Shown: positions 1-9,505 of the stretch, in pieces
Layout of the letters: every line of letters starts with the position of its first letter
Numbering within the stretch: the first letter of the stretch is position 1
DNA from: a virus
Virus record (IMG/VR): IMGVR_UViG_3300008262_000231
Coordinates: 34,724-98,723 of that record
Length of the DNA: 64,000 bases
Strand: one strand, 5' to 3'
Position numbers and translations under genes: made by a program
The notes under the pieces: generated by a model
Told to the model about the DNA's origin: nothing
The model's input: only the letters and a program-made list of their open reading frames with translations
Database searches by the model: none

Positions 1-2
1 AT

Positions 3-395
3 ATGAATATAAATCGAATTCTGAAACTTGGACATATAGAAGCTTGTATCACTTGGGGAAATGTGATAAATGTTTATTGGGATGATATAGAAAAAGCTAT
101 TGAGAAAGAATATGGAAAAGGATGGAGACTTCCTACCTTAGAAGAACTCCTGTACATAAGAAATTTGGAAACCGATTTGGGTATTCTATTAGAATTTGAT
201 CTAGACGATGATTATTGGACTTCTACCCCAGGAACCCCTGAATATATACCGGATCGTAATGAGTTTGGTGTAGACCTTAGATGGTTTTACCAGGTGAGAA
301 TGGAACACGAGAACCCAAGGAATATAGATTACTCTAGAGGATTTCTTTGCCATGTAGATTACTATGGAAATATACTTCCGGTTAGAGATATATAA
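3..395 (+). CDS. DUF1566/Lcl-like (C-type-lectin-fold) small protein
   Basis: GWRLPTLEEL, YWTST and C-terminal ILPVRD motifs typical of DUF1566/Fib_succ_major-type domains. Confidence 0.7.
   Translation: MNINRILKLGHIEACITWGNVINVYWDDIEKAIEKEYGKGWRLPTLEELLYIRNLETDLGILLEFDLDDDYWTSTPGTPEYIPDRNEFGVDLRWFYQVRMEHENPRNIDYSRGFLCHVDYYGNILPVRDI
387..394 (+). promoter_or_regulatory. putative late promoter core GATATATA
   Basis: Octamer recurs just upstream of many virion-gene starts; analogous to T4 TATAAATA. Confidence 0.65.
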
Positions 396-408
396 AATAA
401 AAAATTAA

Positions 409-1200
409 ATGAAAAATCTAAAAAAATTCAACGATCTAGTTCAAGAAGGATTTTTTGATCATGAGGTATTGGGTACTTTCGGGAATGTTATTAAAGATAC
501 TATGTCTTCTTCGGTAAATACCGATAGTATAGAAAACGAAACAGAATTAGAGGGGTTACCCGAGCCAGGAGGTTCTTTCTCAAATTCTCCCGCAGGAAAA
601 GGAATGCCTTTAGATTCTAATGCTACTTTATCTGCTGAGCAATATGATTCATACGGATCTAAGGTAGGAATATCCGACAAATCGGATAATGCTAAACTAG
701 AACAGCCATCATCCGGACCAGTTGGAAATATTGTAAATTCAGCATATGCTAATTTGAATGTTCCTACTAGAGGAATTCCCGGAACAGGAAGAGGAAATCT
801 CGGATGCGGAGCAGGAACTTCTTTAATGTTCTACCGAGCTACCGGATATTCTTTAGCAGGAAATACTAAAGTTTGCCTAAGTACTCAGACTATATACGAC
901 GAGTTAGAAGCAAAAAGCAAAGAACCGATGTCTGCTTGGAAAAAAATAGACAACTGGAGAACTAATTATAAACCGGGAGATATTATAGTTACGCGAAGGG
1001 GAGGAAGAGCTGGACACGTAGGAATAGTTGTTAATGATGGAAATATAATATCTAATTCTTCTTCTGGATTTGCAGGAGATAAAAGTGGCCAGATAGAGCA
1101 GAACTACACCATAAAATCCTGGGAAAGTGTAGCAAAAAGAAATCCTTCTAAAACCGCAATATTCAGATACCAAGGCCCTTATAAGAATAACTGGTCTTAA
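409..1200 (+). CDS. NlpC/P60/CHAP-like amidase with N-terminal head-targeting leader
   Basis: LGCGAGTS (Cys) ... PGDIIV ... GHVGIV (His) papain-like catalytic pattern; leader MKNLKKFNDLVQE/GFFD. Confidence 0.65.
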   Translation: MKNLKKFNDLVQEGFFDHEVLGTFGNVIKDTMSSSVNTDSIENETELEGLPEPGGSFSNSPAGKGMPLDSNATLSAEQYDSYGSKVGISDKSDNAKLEQPSSGPVGNIVNSAYANLNVPTRGIPGTGRGNLGCGAGTSLMFYRATGYSLAGNTKVCLSTQTIYDELEAKSKEPMSAWKKIDNWRTNYKPGDIIVTRRGGRAGHVGIVVNDGNIISNSSSGFAGDKSGQIEQNYTIKSWESVAKRNPSKTAIFRYQGPYKNNWS

Positions 1201-1445
1201 TGAAAAGATTTATAGCAGGAAGAGTAGAGGTTCATCTCGGATATAATTTCGAGGAAATGGATAAGCAGGATGCTATAGAAAAATGTAAAGAGTTAGGTCC
1301 TGAATGGAGATTGCCAAATAAGAAGGAAATCAATTATATTTGCTGGGATCTAGCTTATGGAGGTTCTTCTGATTTTTGGACATCTACCGGAACCCTGGGA
1401 GGAATAGTTAATCGAAGAGGAGGATACTTTAATGAACCCTCATAA
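1200..1445 (+). CDS. DUF1566-like protein, possibly C-terminally truncated
   Basis: DAIEKCKELGPEWRLPNKKEI motif; lacks the usual terminal VR strand. Confidence 0.55.
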   Translation: MKRFIAGRVEVHLGYNFEEMDKQDAIEKCKELGPEWRLPNKKEINYICWDLAYGGSSDFWTSTGTLGGIVNRRGGYFNEPS

Positions 1446-1739
1446 ATGGAAATCCCTGAAGATTCTAAAGATGGAAAATGGAAAGATTTTAACGAATTAG
1501 CGGAAAAAGAAGGATTTAGATTACCTACTTTAAAAGAGCTTCGGTATTTGTATTCATTGAAAAAAGATCTTGAAATTGGATCTTTTCCTGGTAGTTGGTT
1601 TTGGTCCTCTGAAGTCATGAAACTAAACGTATATTCTTCTGGATCTAAATATTACTTTAAGGATTTTAGGGGAGGAATAGAAGATTGGGAATATGGAAAT
1701 AGTCCCCATGCTCTTCTCATAAGAGTTTACGATAAATAA
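1446..1739 (+). CDS. DUF1566-like protein
   Basis: GFRLPTLKEL, FWSSE and LLIRV motifs. Confidence 0.65.
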   Translation: MEIPEDSKDGKWKDFNELAEKEGFRLPTLKELRYLYSLKKDLEIGSFPGSWFWSSEVMKLNVYSSGSKYYFKDFRGGIEDWEYGNSPHALLIRVYDK

Positions 1740-1745
1740 CCACAC

Positions 1746-1776
1746 AAAAAAACCAGAATCCTTTGGATCCTGGTTT
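1746..1776 (-). terminator. intrinsic terminator for the MTase gene (possibly bidirectional)
   Basis: On - strand AAACCAGGATCC-AAA-GGATTCTGGTTT stem followed by a T-run; lies between convergent genes. Confidence 0.75.
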
Positions 1777-1797
1777 ATCTTAAATTTATTTAATATA

Positions 1798-2805
1798 TTA
1801 TTTTAATTTCTTTCTTAAAATAACTCCCGCTTGATAAGAAGGAACAGGAACACCTGGATACATTTTAGGGTAAGTTCTCATGAATAGTGTTTCCGGAATG
1901 TGTCTGTGCATATAAAGACCGTAATATTCCATATCTGGATTATTCTTAAGTACTTCGTCCATAATCATAGAAGATAGTAAATAAGGCTTTTTATTCTGAA
2001 TCATGTCCTTGATCAAAGTAACGAAGTATCCACCTGGCTTTAAAAATTCAATACCTTGGGTGTACATACCATTAACAAGATCCCAATATTCGCTTCCTTT
2101 AGTTAGACCGATATTATTTGGATGCTCATAATCGAAAGTTTTATCATTTAAAGTTCCATCTGCATTTTTAGCCATTCCTCTTTGTGGAGCATCTGAAGAT
2201 TTTCCACTTAATTTAGGGTATGGAGTACCGTTAACAATTAGAGATAATTGTCCTCTTTTAATTCCTGAACTCTCTAGATTTTCTGTGGTATTTCTAGCAT
2301 CTCCCTGAACTAGCTTAGCAGTAACATCAGTTCTTTCTACCTGAGCTGCAATGTTGTTATAAGCAATCTGTGGATACTCTAGCTCAACTCCGATTGAATT
2401 TCTACCGTTATTATATGCTTCAACTAAAGTCGTCCCTGTACCACACGTAGGATCAAATACCCAATCCCCTGGTTCTGTTAGATTCTGGATTGCCCATCTG
2501 TACCCTTGCCAGTGTCCTGGACATAGGTGTTTATCCTCTTGTTTAGGATAATACTTATATCTTGCAGATTGAGAATAGTATTTATCTCTTTGTGTATCAT
2601 AGATTTCACCTAAGAAGTTTTGGGTGTAATCTGTAGTGTGATAGTCAGAAGGCAATTCCATTCTTACCAAAAGTTCTTCCGTAGGAGTTATATCGTTTCT
2701 ATAAACGCTTTTATCCTTAGGATCTTTTTTGATCTTTTCTACAGGAGCTGGAGCTTCTTTAGGTTTAGTTTTGTCCTCGAAAGGGACTTGTTTCATTTCA
2801 ATCAT
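1798..2805 (-). CDS. SAM-dependent amino (N4-C/N6-A type) DNA methyltransferase-like protein
   Basis: Motif I VFDPTCGTGTT, GVELE, GDAR, motif IV-like VNGTPY, LKPGGYF. Confidence 0.75.
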   Translation of the reverse strand: MIEMKQVPFEDKTKPKEAPAPVEKIKKDPKDKSVYRNDITPTEELLVRMELPSDYHTTDYTQNFLGEIYDTQRDKYYSQSARYKYYPKQEDKHLCPGHWQGYRWAIQNLTEPGDWVFDPTCGTGTTLVEAYNNGRNSIGVELEYPQIAYNNIAAQVERTDVTAKLVQGDARNTTENLESSGIKRGQLSLIVNGTPYPKLSGKSSDAPQRGMAKNADGTLNDKTFDYEHPNNIGLTKGSEYWDLVNGMYTQGIEFLKPGGYFVTLIKDMIQNKKPYLLSSMIMDEVLKNNPDMEYYGLYMHRHIPETLFMRTYPKMYPGVPVPSYQAGVILRKKLK

Positions 2806-2866
2806 TTTTTCAATTTTGATAATTATATAATGATTTTTATAGACTATTTGTTTCTAAAAATTTCGG

Positions 2867-2874
2867 GATATATA
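2867..2874 (+). promoter_or_regulatory. putative late promoter GATATATA
   Basis: Motif 18 nt upstream of ATG 2893. Confidence 0.65.
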
Positions 2875-2892
2875 ATAAAAAATTACCTATTA

Positions 2893-3966
2893 ATGACAAA
2901 TTTGGAAAGTTTTTCGGGGTGGAGCTTAAATGAGGGACTATTCTTCTCTGATTTTAAGTGGGTATCTGCACCGAAAAATCTAACTTCTACCCAAAAATCT
3001 TCGATAGAGGGAAAAATGTCAATATTCGGTTCTGATATTATAGACACTGTAAATTTTTCATATACAAGCAGATACTGGGAATCCCTGAAGAAAAGACTAG
3101 GAGAAAATAAGATCCAATTTAAATACGGAAATTCTTCTGCTATTCCTAAGCAATGGATATACTGGAGTGAAAAAGTCATATATTCAGATCAAAGACCTTT
3201 ATTATCTAAGAATTCATCAGGACAGAAAGTCATAGCTTATTATCCATTATCTTATAATGGAGCTGTTCTTGATAAATTTTGGGTGATTGCGATATGGAAA
3301 GGGGAAGATGGAAAAAAATATCTAAGAGAAATGACTCTTAAGGACTTCCTAACTAAGTCAACTAAAGATATTATAGACAAAGATTTTTTATCCACTTCAG
3401 CGGTAAAAACCGACGTAGCTAAACAAAATAAAATAAATAAAAAAGATTATTGGACTTTAATTACAATAATAGCCTGTGAGAATTTTCCAGATCAAAAACA
3501 GGGAATGGCAGATGTTGCACAGTCCATATACAATAGGTACCACGTCAGTGGAAAGCCTTACGGTAAAACTATATCTGAAATCATATTAGCTAAATCCCAA
3601 TACGAACCGGTTACTAAGGGACTAAAAAAAGGAGCAGACTGGAAAAATATAAATGATAAGACTAAAGCTATATCAGTGTATATGAAGACAATTGGGGTTG
3701 ATATTAAGAATGCAACTAAAGCTATAGAATCAGCCATATCAGCTCAGTCCAACAAAACGTATATGGATAATGCAAGGTCCCACGTAAAAACAAGAACCGA
3801 GTTTCTAGCAAATCCCCCTTCTGCTTATTCAGCAGTTAGTCCGGTAGAAAGACCAGAAAAAAATAAAAACAATTCTTTTTTCTGGAATTATGCAGGGAAA
3901 AAGACCTATTATGCCAAAAATGATTTTTCGGCAAAACCTATACCACCAGAAGTCAAAAGTGTTTAA
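2893..3966 (+). CDS. SleB/Hydrolase_2-like cell-wall hydrolase with head-targeting leader (start reassigned from 2620)
   Basis: C-terminal TIIACE...MADVAQSIYNR...TISEIILAKSQYEPV resembles Hydrolase_2; ATG 2893 is in frame, follows GATATATA and avoids overlap with the MTase; leader MTNLESFSGWSLNE/G. Confidence 0.7.
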   Translation: MTNLESFSGWSLNEGLFFSDFKWVSAPKNLTSTQKSSIEGKMSIFGSDIIDTVNFSYTSRYWESLKKRLGENKIQFKYGNSSAIPKQWIYWSEKVIYSDQRPLLSKNSSGQKVIAYYPLSYNGAVLDKFWVIAIWKGEDGKKYLREMTLKDFLTKSTKDIIDKDFLSTSAVKTDVAKQNKINKKDYWTLITIIACENFPDQKQGMADVAQSIYNRYHVSGKPYGKTISEIILAKSQYEPVTKGLKKGADWKNINDKTKAISVYMKTIGVDIKNATKAIESAISAQSNKTYMDNARSHVKTRTEFLANPPSAYSAVSPVERPEKNKNNSFFWNYAGKKTYYAKNDFSAKPIPPEVKSV

Positions 3967-3967
3967 A

Positions 3968-3975
3968 GATATATA
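3968..3975 (+). promoter_or_regulatory. putative late promoter GATATATA
   Basis: Intergenic, 14 nt before ATG 3990. Confidence 0.65.
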
Positions 3976-3989
3976 GATAAAAAAGTATA

Positions 3990-4430
3990 ATGTCAAGAAT
4001 ATACGATTACGGATCTTTTTCGAATAATAAATCTAAATTTTCAGATTCCAGAAACAAATTTGGGTTTGAGATGTCTTTTGTTGATATAGATATAACAGGT
4101 AAGCCCAAAGAATTTAGGGATATAAACGACGTTAAAGTTTTCATAGAGTATTCTACTGAGGTACTTTCTAACAAGAGAGGTTTAGAGGGAGTTAATTTTT
4201 CGGTAGACTCCATAGAACTTATTATGAAAGTAGAGACTTCTACCGGTAAAGTGGATGAAATTGATTTTGATCTTATACCAGGAAAAACTATAGATTACGG
4301 ACAGGTAAAATATACGGTAAACGATTTTCCAATACCGTCATATCCCGAGAGAATAGAAATAAATATGAATGGATTTACCGATCCTACCAGATTTGATGTT
4401 ATGGTTTATTTTGGAACTAATTATTCATGA
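3990..4430 (+). CDS. hypothetical protein
   Basis: 146-aa ORF after late motif; ATGA overlap with the next gene. Confidence 0.7.
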   Translation: MSRIYDYGSFSNNKSKFSDSRNKFGFEMSFVDIDITGKPKEFRDINDVKVFIEYSTEVLSNKRGLEGVNFSVDSIELIMKVETSTGKVDEIDFDLIPGKTIDYGQVKYTVNDFPIPSYPERIEINMNGFTDPTRFDVMVYFGTNYS

Positions 4431-5395
4431 GAGAAATATTAAATTACGACGGCTTTAATTCTTTAAACGAATCTAAAAAATATGAAAATTTAAGATCCGT
4501 TAAAAAGACATGGGGAGGAGAATATATCCTAGATGTTGACGATTACCAAAAAACTGGATCTAAACCATTAAAAGGGTCTATTCTGGTAGGTAAAGATAGC
4601 GGAAAAGCTGTTGCTCTTACATATCTTAATTCCGACGGAAGTGAAGCTAAATACCTTTGGGTTCCCTATTTTGGAGCATTCATAAATAGAAATATTAGGG
4701 GCGGAATAAGTTCAATTAAAATAACTCCATATAAAAACTGGTTATCCCAGCCGGAGAACGAATCTAAATTGGAACAATTCTTAGATGGGTATGAAGAATC
4801 TATAGAGAAGGAAAAGACCGAGAAGGAAAAGACCGTAAGCCTACAAGCTCAAAAAGATCTGGATCTTATATTAGATATGTACGGGATAAACTCAGGAATA
4901 AAAAAATTCGATAAGGGGGATAGAGAAAACGAATGGAGAGCTCTATTAGAAAATGGTTTTGTTGTTATGATAAAAAAGAGATCTTCTGAAGATCTTGTGG
5001 GAGAATTTAGAATATACCCTAAAAACGACTCGGATGTTCCTTATATAGAAATAAACACCGAAAAAAATAGCGAAGGATTCAACTTCAGAAGACCCGGTGA
5101 GTACATAGTACAAAGAAGAATAGGAATGACCGAACTAAAAGAAGATCCAGTTGCTTCTTACCTATTTAAAAATATAACGGGTCTACAAGAATACCAAGAC
5201 GAAAAGTCTTTATTAGATTACTTCGAATCCATAATTAAATCGGAGGATACTTCATACCAAATGTCAGATGATTCCAGATCTTACAGAAGGGGACAAGCTC
5301 AAAGAAAGGAAATAGATCTTGTTTCCAAATTACTTGAAGATTTCTTAACCTCTAAAAAAATAGAAGAAATCTACTCCAAAAACAGAAAAAAATAG
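4427..5395 (+). CDS. hypothetical protein with head-targeting-like leader
   Basis: 322-aa ORF; N-terminus MREILNYDGFNSLNE/S. Confidence 0.7.
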   Translation: MREILNYDGFNSLNESKKYENLRSVKKTWGGEYILDVDDYQKTGSKPLKGSILVGKDSGKAVALTYLNSDGSEAKYLWVPYFGAFINRNIRGGISSIKITPYKNWLSQPENESKLEQFLDGYEESIEKEKTEKEKTVSLQAQKDLDLILDMYGINSGIKKFDKGDRENEWRALLENGFVVMIKKRSSEDLVGEFRIYPKNDSDVPYIEINTEKNSEGFNFRRPGEYIVQRRIGMTELKEDPVASYLFKNITGLQEYQDEKSLLDYFESIIKSEDTSYQMSDDSRSYRRGQAQRKEIDLVSKLLEDFLTSKKIEEIYSKNRKK

Positions 5396-5423
5396 AAACT
5401 TTTCTTTTTTATTTTTCTATTAT
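5395..5423 (+). promoter_or_regulatory. putative bipartite phage promoter GAAAC-N18-TATTAT
   Basis: Same 18-nt spacing seen at 30552, 47733, 52745 and 63706. Confidence 0.45.
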
Positions 5424-5428
5424 CTTAG

Positions 5429-5710
5429 ATGAAAATTGATGATTCTTTTGTCCTTAATAAAGGAGAAACCCTAATATTGAAGAAAAAGGGTGGATTTAGT
5501 TATTTGGAATTTACCAGAAGAAATGAAAAACATCTTAGCGATATTATAGAATTGGAATATAAAAATTCCAGATCTAAGAAAAAAGATCCTTCGGTTTGGA
5601 TAATAGAAAAAGATTTCATCAACAGAATTTCTTATGAGATTAATACCTGTGGATTTGAATTTCATGAGATTAAAAAAGTAGAAAAACCAAATAAAAAAGA
5701 ATCAAAATGA
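5429..5710 (+). CDS. hypothetical protein
   Basis: 93-aa ORF in operon-like packing. Confidence 0.6.
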   Translation: MKIDDSFVLNKGETLILKKKGGFSYLEFTRRNEKHLSDIIELEYKNSRSKKKDPSVWIIEKDFINRISYEINTCGFEFHEIKKVEKPNKKESK

Positions 5711-5716
5711 TTCATA

Positions 5717-6352
5717 ATGAGAAAATTAATTTCTTTATTCAAAACGAAAAAACAATCCTCAAAAATGGAAACTAAGGAGAAAAATTTAGAAGATTTAAAA
5801 TTAAAATATCAGGGAATGATATTTGAGTGGATTAAAGGTGATCTTACGGGATCCTCTAATGTATTTAAAGAGGTCAAACAAACAGGAGAAAATTTCTTTA
5901 TAGAATTTATAGAAGGGGGAAGGATAAATGAGGATCTAGTAGAAGAATACACCCTTTACTATCCGGCACCGGTAAATCCTCCAGCACAAATTCATTCTAC
6001 CCCTGAAAAATCTTCTACCGTTACTTCTATAGTTTACGGTGAATCCCCTAACAATTCCTCTAACCCGGATTCCCCTATCTATAATCTTTTAAGAAAACAA
6101 AAAAAGAATATGGTAGAGGTTTCAATTAAAATTGAATTGAATCTACCATCAAAAGAACTTTATGGTGTTCTTTCTTCTTCTTTTGAAGATGCAGAGAACG
6201 AAATTATAAAATTTGTAATTGACGGGGTTGATATAGAGGACATTAAAAAATCTTTATCCGAATCAATAAAAAGAAATTACTATTCTCCTAGCTCTTCGGT
6301 AGAAAAAAATTCTACAAAAAGGATAAATAAGGAAAAAGATATTAATGAATAA
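5717..6352 (+). CDS. hypothetical protein
   Basis: 211-aa ORF; alternative start at METKEK possible. Confidence 0.7.
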   Translation: MRKLISLFKTKKQSSKMETKEKNLEDLKLKYQGMIFEWIKGDLTGSSNVFKEVKQTGENFFIEFIEGGRINEDLVEEYTLYYPAPVNPPAQIHSTPEKSSTVTSIVYGESPNNSSNPDSPIYNLLRKQKKNMVEVSIKIELNLPSKELYGVLSSSFEDAENEIIKFVIDGVDIEDIKKSLSESIKRNYYSPSSSVEKNSTKRINKEKDINE

Positions 6353-6929
6353 AGAAGAAAAATTACTTTACTCCTCCAAAAGATTTGACGTTGTCGATGC
6401 AGGGGAAAATACAGGGGTAAGAACCAAATGGGATTCTGTTTTAATACTTCCTTTTACATCCGATGATAGAGGACTTCCCCTGATGCTAGGAGTTCTAAAT
6501 GAAAGAAATTTATTCAGGAGCGGAGGGTATGCTTTATCCATAATATCAGGAAGTCCTGAAGATGAAGATCCTAATACTCTATCTACTGCTCAAAGAGAAC
6601 TTCTAGAAGAAACTGGGTTTGACGTAAAAGAAGAAGAGAGGTGGTATTTTATAGGAACTTTAACTGGAAGTAAATTTGTAGATTCAATACATCCCTGTTT
6701 TGCAGTAGATATAACTGGTATTGAGCCAGGAGAGCCTAAAACAGATGGGTCTGAACAAGAAAAACTTTCTAAATTCACGTTAGTTCCTGCTAATGATGTT
6801 ATATCTATAGAAGATCCTTTTGTATCGGCTTTGTTCCTTAGAATTTTTAAATACGTAGTAGGAATGGACATATATAATAGAGAAGATTCCATATTTTCCA
6901 AGAAAAAAGAAATAAACACAGAAATTTGA
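6345..6929 (+). CDS. Nudix hydrolase
   Basis: Nudix box GSPEDEDPNTLSTAQRELLEETGF. Confidence 0.85.
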   Translation: MNKEEKLLYSSKRFDVVDAGENTGVRTKWDSVLILPFTSDDRGLPLMLGVLNERNLFRSGGYALSIISGSPEDEDPNTLSTAQRELLEETGFDVKEEERWYFIGTLTGSKFVDSIHPCFAVDITGIEPGEPKTDGSEQEKLSKFTLVPANDVISIEDPFVSALFLRIFKYVVGMDIYNREDSIFSKKKEINTEI

Positions 6930-6933
6930 TAAA

Positions 6934-7227
6934 ATGAATAGAGCACAAAGGAGAAAAATGCTTAAAGATGCAGGTTTATTAGGGAAACAGGCAGAGAAAA
7001 ACGGAATTAAAATAGATAAAAGAGAATTAAATTCCCTTATAAAATCAGGAGAAGATAAAAGAAGATCTGATCTCCAAAGAATAAAAAATAAAAGTATATC
7101 AGAAGGGAAAGGTGAAAAAAATACTTCCGAGGAATATATACAATTCGTTACATACCCAACAGATTCTTATAGCGGATTAGCTAATTTTTTAAGTAATCCT
7201 GATTGGGAAGATACTGGGAACGATTAA
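6934..7227 (+). CDS. hypothetical protein
   Basis: 97-aa ORF starting MNRAQRRK, a common phage small-protein start. Confidence 0.65.
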   Translation: MNRAQRRKMLKDAGLLGKQAEKNGIKIDKRELNSLIKSGEDKRRSDLQRIKNKSISEGKGEKNTSEEYIQFVTYPTDSYSGLANFLSNPDWEDTGND

Positions 7228-7571
7228 TGGAAGCTATCATGTCGGAAACTAAGAACTTGGTTTTTTATATCTCTAAATACAGTCCCAAGGAATCTAAAAA
7301 AAGAATAGAGGATCTTTTAGATCTCTATATAGTAGATATTTCTAAAATAATAAAAGATCTAGGATACGACACCAAAAATTTATCTCTTCAATCTGAATTT
7401 ATATTGAATTATTCAATTCACAAAAAAATTATTCATGGAATATATAATAGTAAATGCGAGGGTATTCTCATTTGCTACCGGGGTAATTCACCAGATTTTG
7501 TCGATAATTTAATATCATTTGTCGAAGAATTACAAGAGCCTATAGAATACTCCTTTAATTTTATAAATTAA
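7227..7571 (+). CDS. hypothetical protein (start reassigned to 7227)
   Basis: TAATG overlap with the upstream stop; in frame with ORF 7203. Confidence 0.6.
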   Translation: MEAIMSETKNLVFYISKYSPKESKKRIEDLLDLYIVDISKIIKDLGYDTKNLSLQSEFILNYSIHKKIIHGIYNSKCEGILICYRGNSPDFVDNLISFVEELQEPIEYSFNFIN

Positions 7572-7583
7572 AATTAAGGATTT

Positions 7584-9494
7584 ATGTATTACTATGAAGG
7601 AAATGATCCGAGTAACGGAACCACAGCAGGTGAATTCATTGTAGGATCTCCGCAAGTTCAGCAAGTTCTTGCGGACAGAGCTGGATCTATTGTCAATAGA
7701 TATAGTAATATAGGAGCAGATAATCCGGCAAAAACATACCCATTACCCCGTTCATTATTTTATGATGTTGCAAAGCTGGATCCAAATGTCAAGGAAGCTG
7801 AGAAATATGGACTTTTTATGTTCTATTCGTTTGGCTCAGGAGAAGGAAATGCATATTTGGATCAATATTATCTTTCAGAAAGATCCGAATATAATAGAAA
7901 AATATCAACCCCAGAGTCAAAAAATCCCACTGCTTATCAGCTGGTAAGAGACACCGCAGGGTATAGCCCTTTACTTCTGGCCAGCGGTGATACTATTCCA
8001 GGAAGTAGTGCGATTAAAGGAGGGGTTCATGCTCCTTATTATTGGAAAGATTTTATCTATTGTAAATATTACGGAACTATACCAAATAACAGACTGATAA
8101 CACTAAGAAGATTTTCTTCCCCTGTATTAGATAATTTTTCCGTACCCAAAGGTTTACAGACCCCGGAAAATATAAAGAAGGGAGTTGGAATGCCAGTTGC
8201 TCAGGCAATTACTTGGTTCGGGGGAAAAAGCGGAAACACGTTAAATAGTTTAATAGGATTTAGCTCGGGTCTAACGTGGACCAGCAAAAACATAAGCGAA
8301 GAAAGAATTCAGCAAGCCTTCGGAGATGGTCTTTTGAATTCTGCTGCTTTCGAGACTCTCCAGAATTTAGCATCCAGTTTTTCAGGTGAAGGAGATCCTA
8401 AAGGAGATTTTAGCCAAGATAAAAAAGATGCAGCTGATGCTATTGCAAATGCTCTTAGCCCGGAGGGAGATGAATTGACTAGAAGTAAATATTTTAGATC
8501 TTTCTACGATGTGGCAAAAGGAAGTGATGCAGGGAGATTGGGGCTTCTAAGTGAAAGAATCTGGGTCCCCGTAGACGTAATAAAAGAAACCCAGATAAGA
8601 GATTTTGGACTCTCATTTACATGGGGTGATTTAGTTCTTAAATTTTCGTACGACTTAACATCGGTTGGAGAGATTAACAGTAAGGCTGCATTATTTGACA
8701 TAATGGGAAATCTTCTCTCTATAGGAACAAATTACGGTAACTTCTTAGTACCTTACATAAAATATGAATCTGAATATTCTGCTTTAACCTTTCCCGGGGG
8801 AGACGAAGGAGCTAAATTGTATTTTACCGATCCAGAGCGTTTTGTTATTGAAAATATAAGTAAGATGTTTGTCCAGGATAAGCCTTCGGGAAAAGTTATC
8901 GGGAATACTACCATAGATCAAGGGTCATTAGACACTTTTAACCAGGACATTAAAAATTTGCAGAAATCAATAACCGACGGAACCGCTATAGATACTGCGG
9001 TTGCTCAAAGAGTATTTAAAGGGATAAAATCCCAATTAGCAGAAAAAGCATCAGAAAAATGGCAAGCCCCATTATCTTTGTATACAGGAGCTCCTATAGG
9101 AGAATGGCATGTTGTTATAGGAAATCCATATAATCCTATAGCAATGATAGGAAATCTAATTTGCACTGACATCACAGTTAATTTCGGCGATGCCTTAGGC
9201 CCAGATGATTTCCCAACAACTCTCGAAGCATCGATAACTCTAGCACATGGAAGACCTAGGGAAAGAGGGGAAATAGAAAGTATATTTAATCAGGGTGATG
9301 GAAGGCTATATCAAACTGTACAAAGTACTTCTTCCAATGCTCAGACCTATAATACCATTGTCGATATTAACGGTAATGTACTTACTAACGAGAATCTTAA
9401 TAATCTCTGGGGATCGGATGATAACGGAGGAGTTGTAGGAAGTAATGCCCCTGTCACTACCGGAAATATTTTTGATCAAGATGTAAATGTTTAA
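7584..9494 (+). CDS. baseplate/tail-tube-fold protein (T4 gp48-like)
   Basis: C-terminal WHVVIGNPYNP...ICTDITVNF...DDFPTTLEASITL tube-fold pattern; directly precedes a gp53-like gene. Confidence 0.5.
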   Translation: MYYYEGNDPSNGTTAGEFIVGSPQVQQVLADRAGSIVNRYSNIGADNPAKTYPLPRSLFYDVAKLDPNVKEAEKYGLFMFYSFGSGEGNAYLDQYYLSERSEYNRKISTPESKNPTAYQLVRDTAGYSPLLLASGDTIPGSSAIKGGVHAPYYWKDFIYCKYYGTIPNNRLITLRRFSSPVLDNFSVPKGLQTPENIKKGVGMPVAQAITWFGGKSGNTLNSLIGFSSGLTWTSKNISEERIQQAFGDGLLNSAAFETLQNLASSFSGEGDPKGDFSQDKKDAADAIANALSPEGDELTRSKYFRSFYDVAKGSDAGRLGLLSERIWVPVDVIKETQIRDFGLSFTWGDLVLKFSYDLTSVGEINSKAALFDIMGNLLSIGTNYGNFLVPYIKYESEYSALTFPGGDEGAKLYFTDPERFVIENISKMFVQDKPSGKVIGNTTIDQGSLDTFNQDIKNLQKSITDGTAIDTAVAQRVFKGIKSQLAEKASEKWQAPLSLYTGAPIGEWHVVIGNPYNPIAMIGNLICTDITVNFGDALGPDDFPTTLEASITLAHGRPRERGEIESIFNQGDGRLYQTVQSTSSNAQTYNTIVDINGNVLTNENLNNLWGSDDNGGVVGSNAPVTTGNIFDQDVNV

Positions 9495-9505
9495 TTTTTT
9501 AGGAT

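Noticed and set aside
2620-2892. N-terminal 91 aa of the 448-aa ORF 2620-3966
   Set aside because: It overlaps the antisense MTase and has atypical composition; ATG 2893 follows the late motif and begins with the shared leader.
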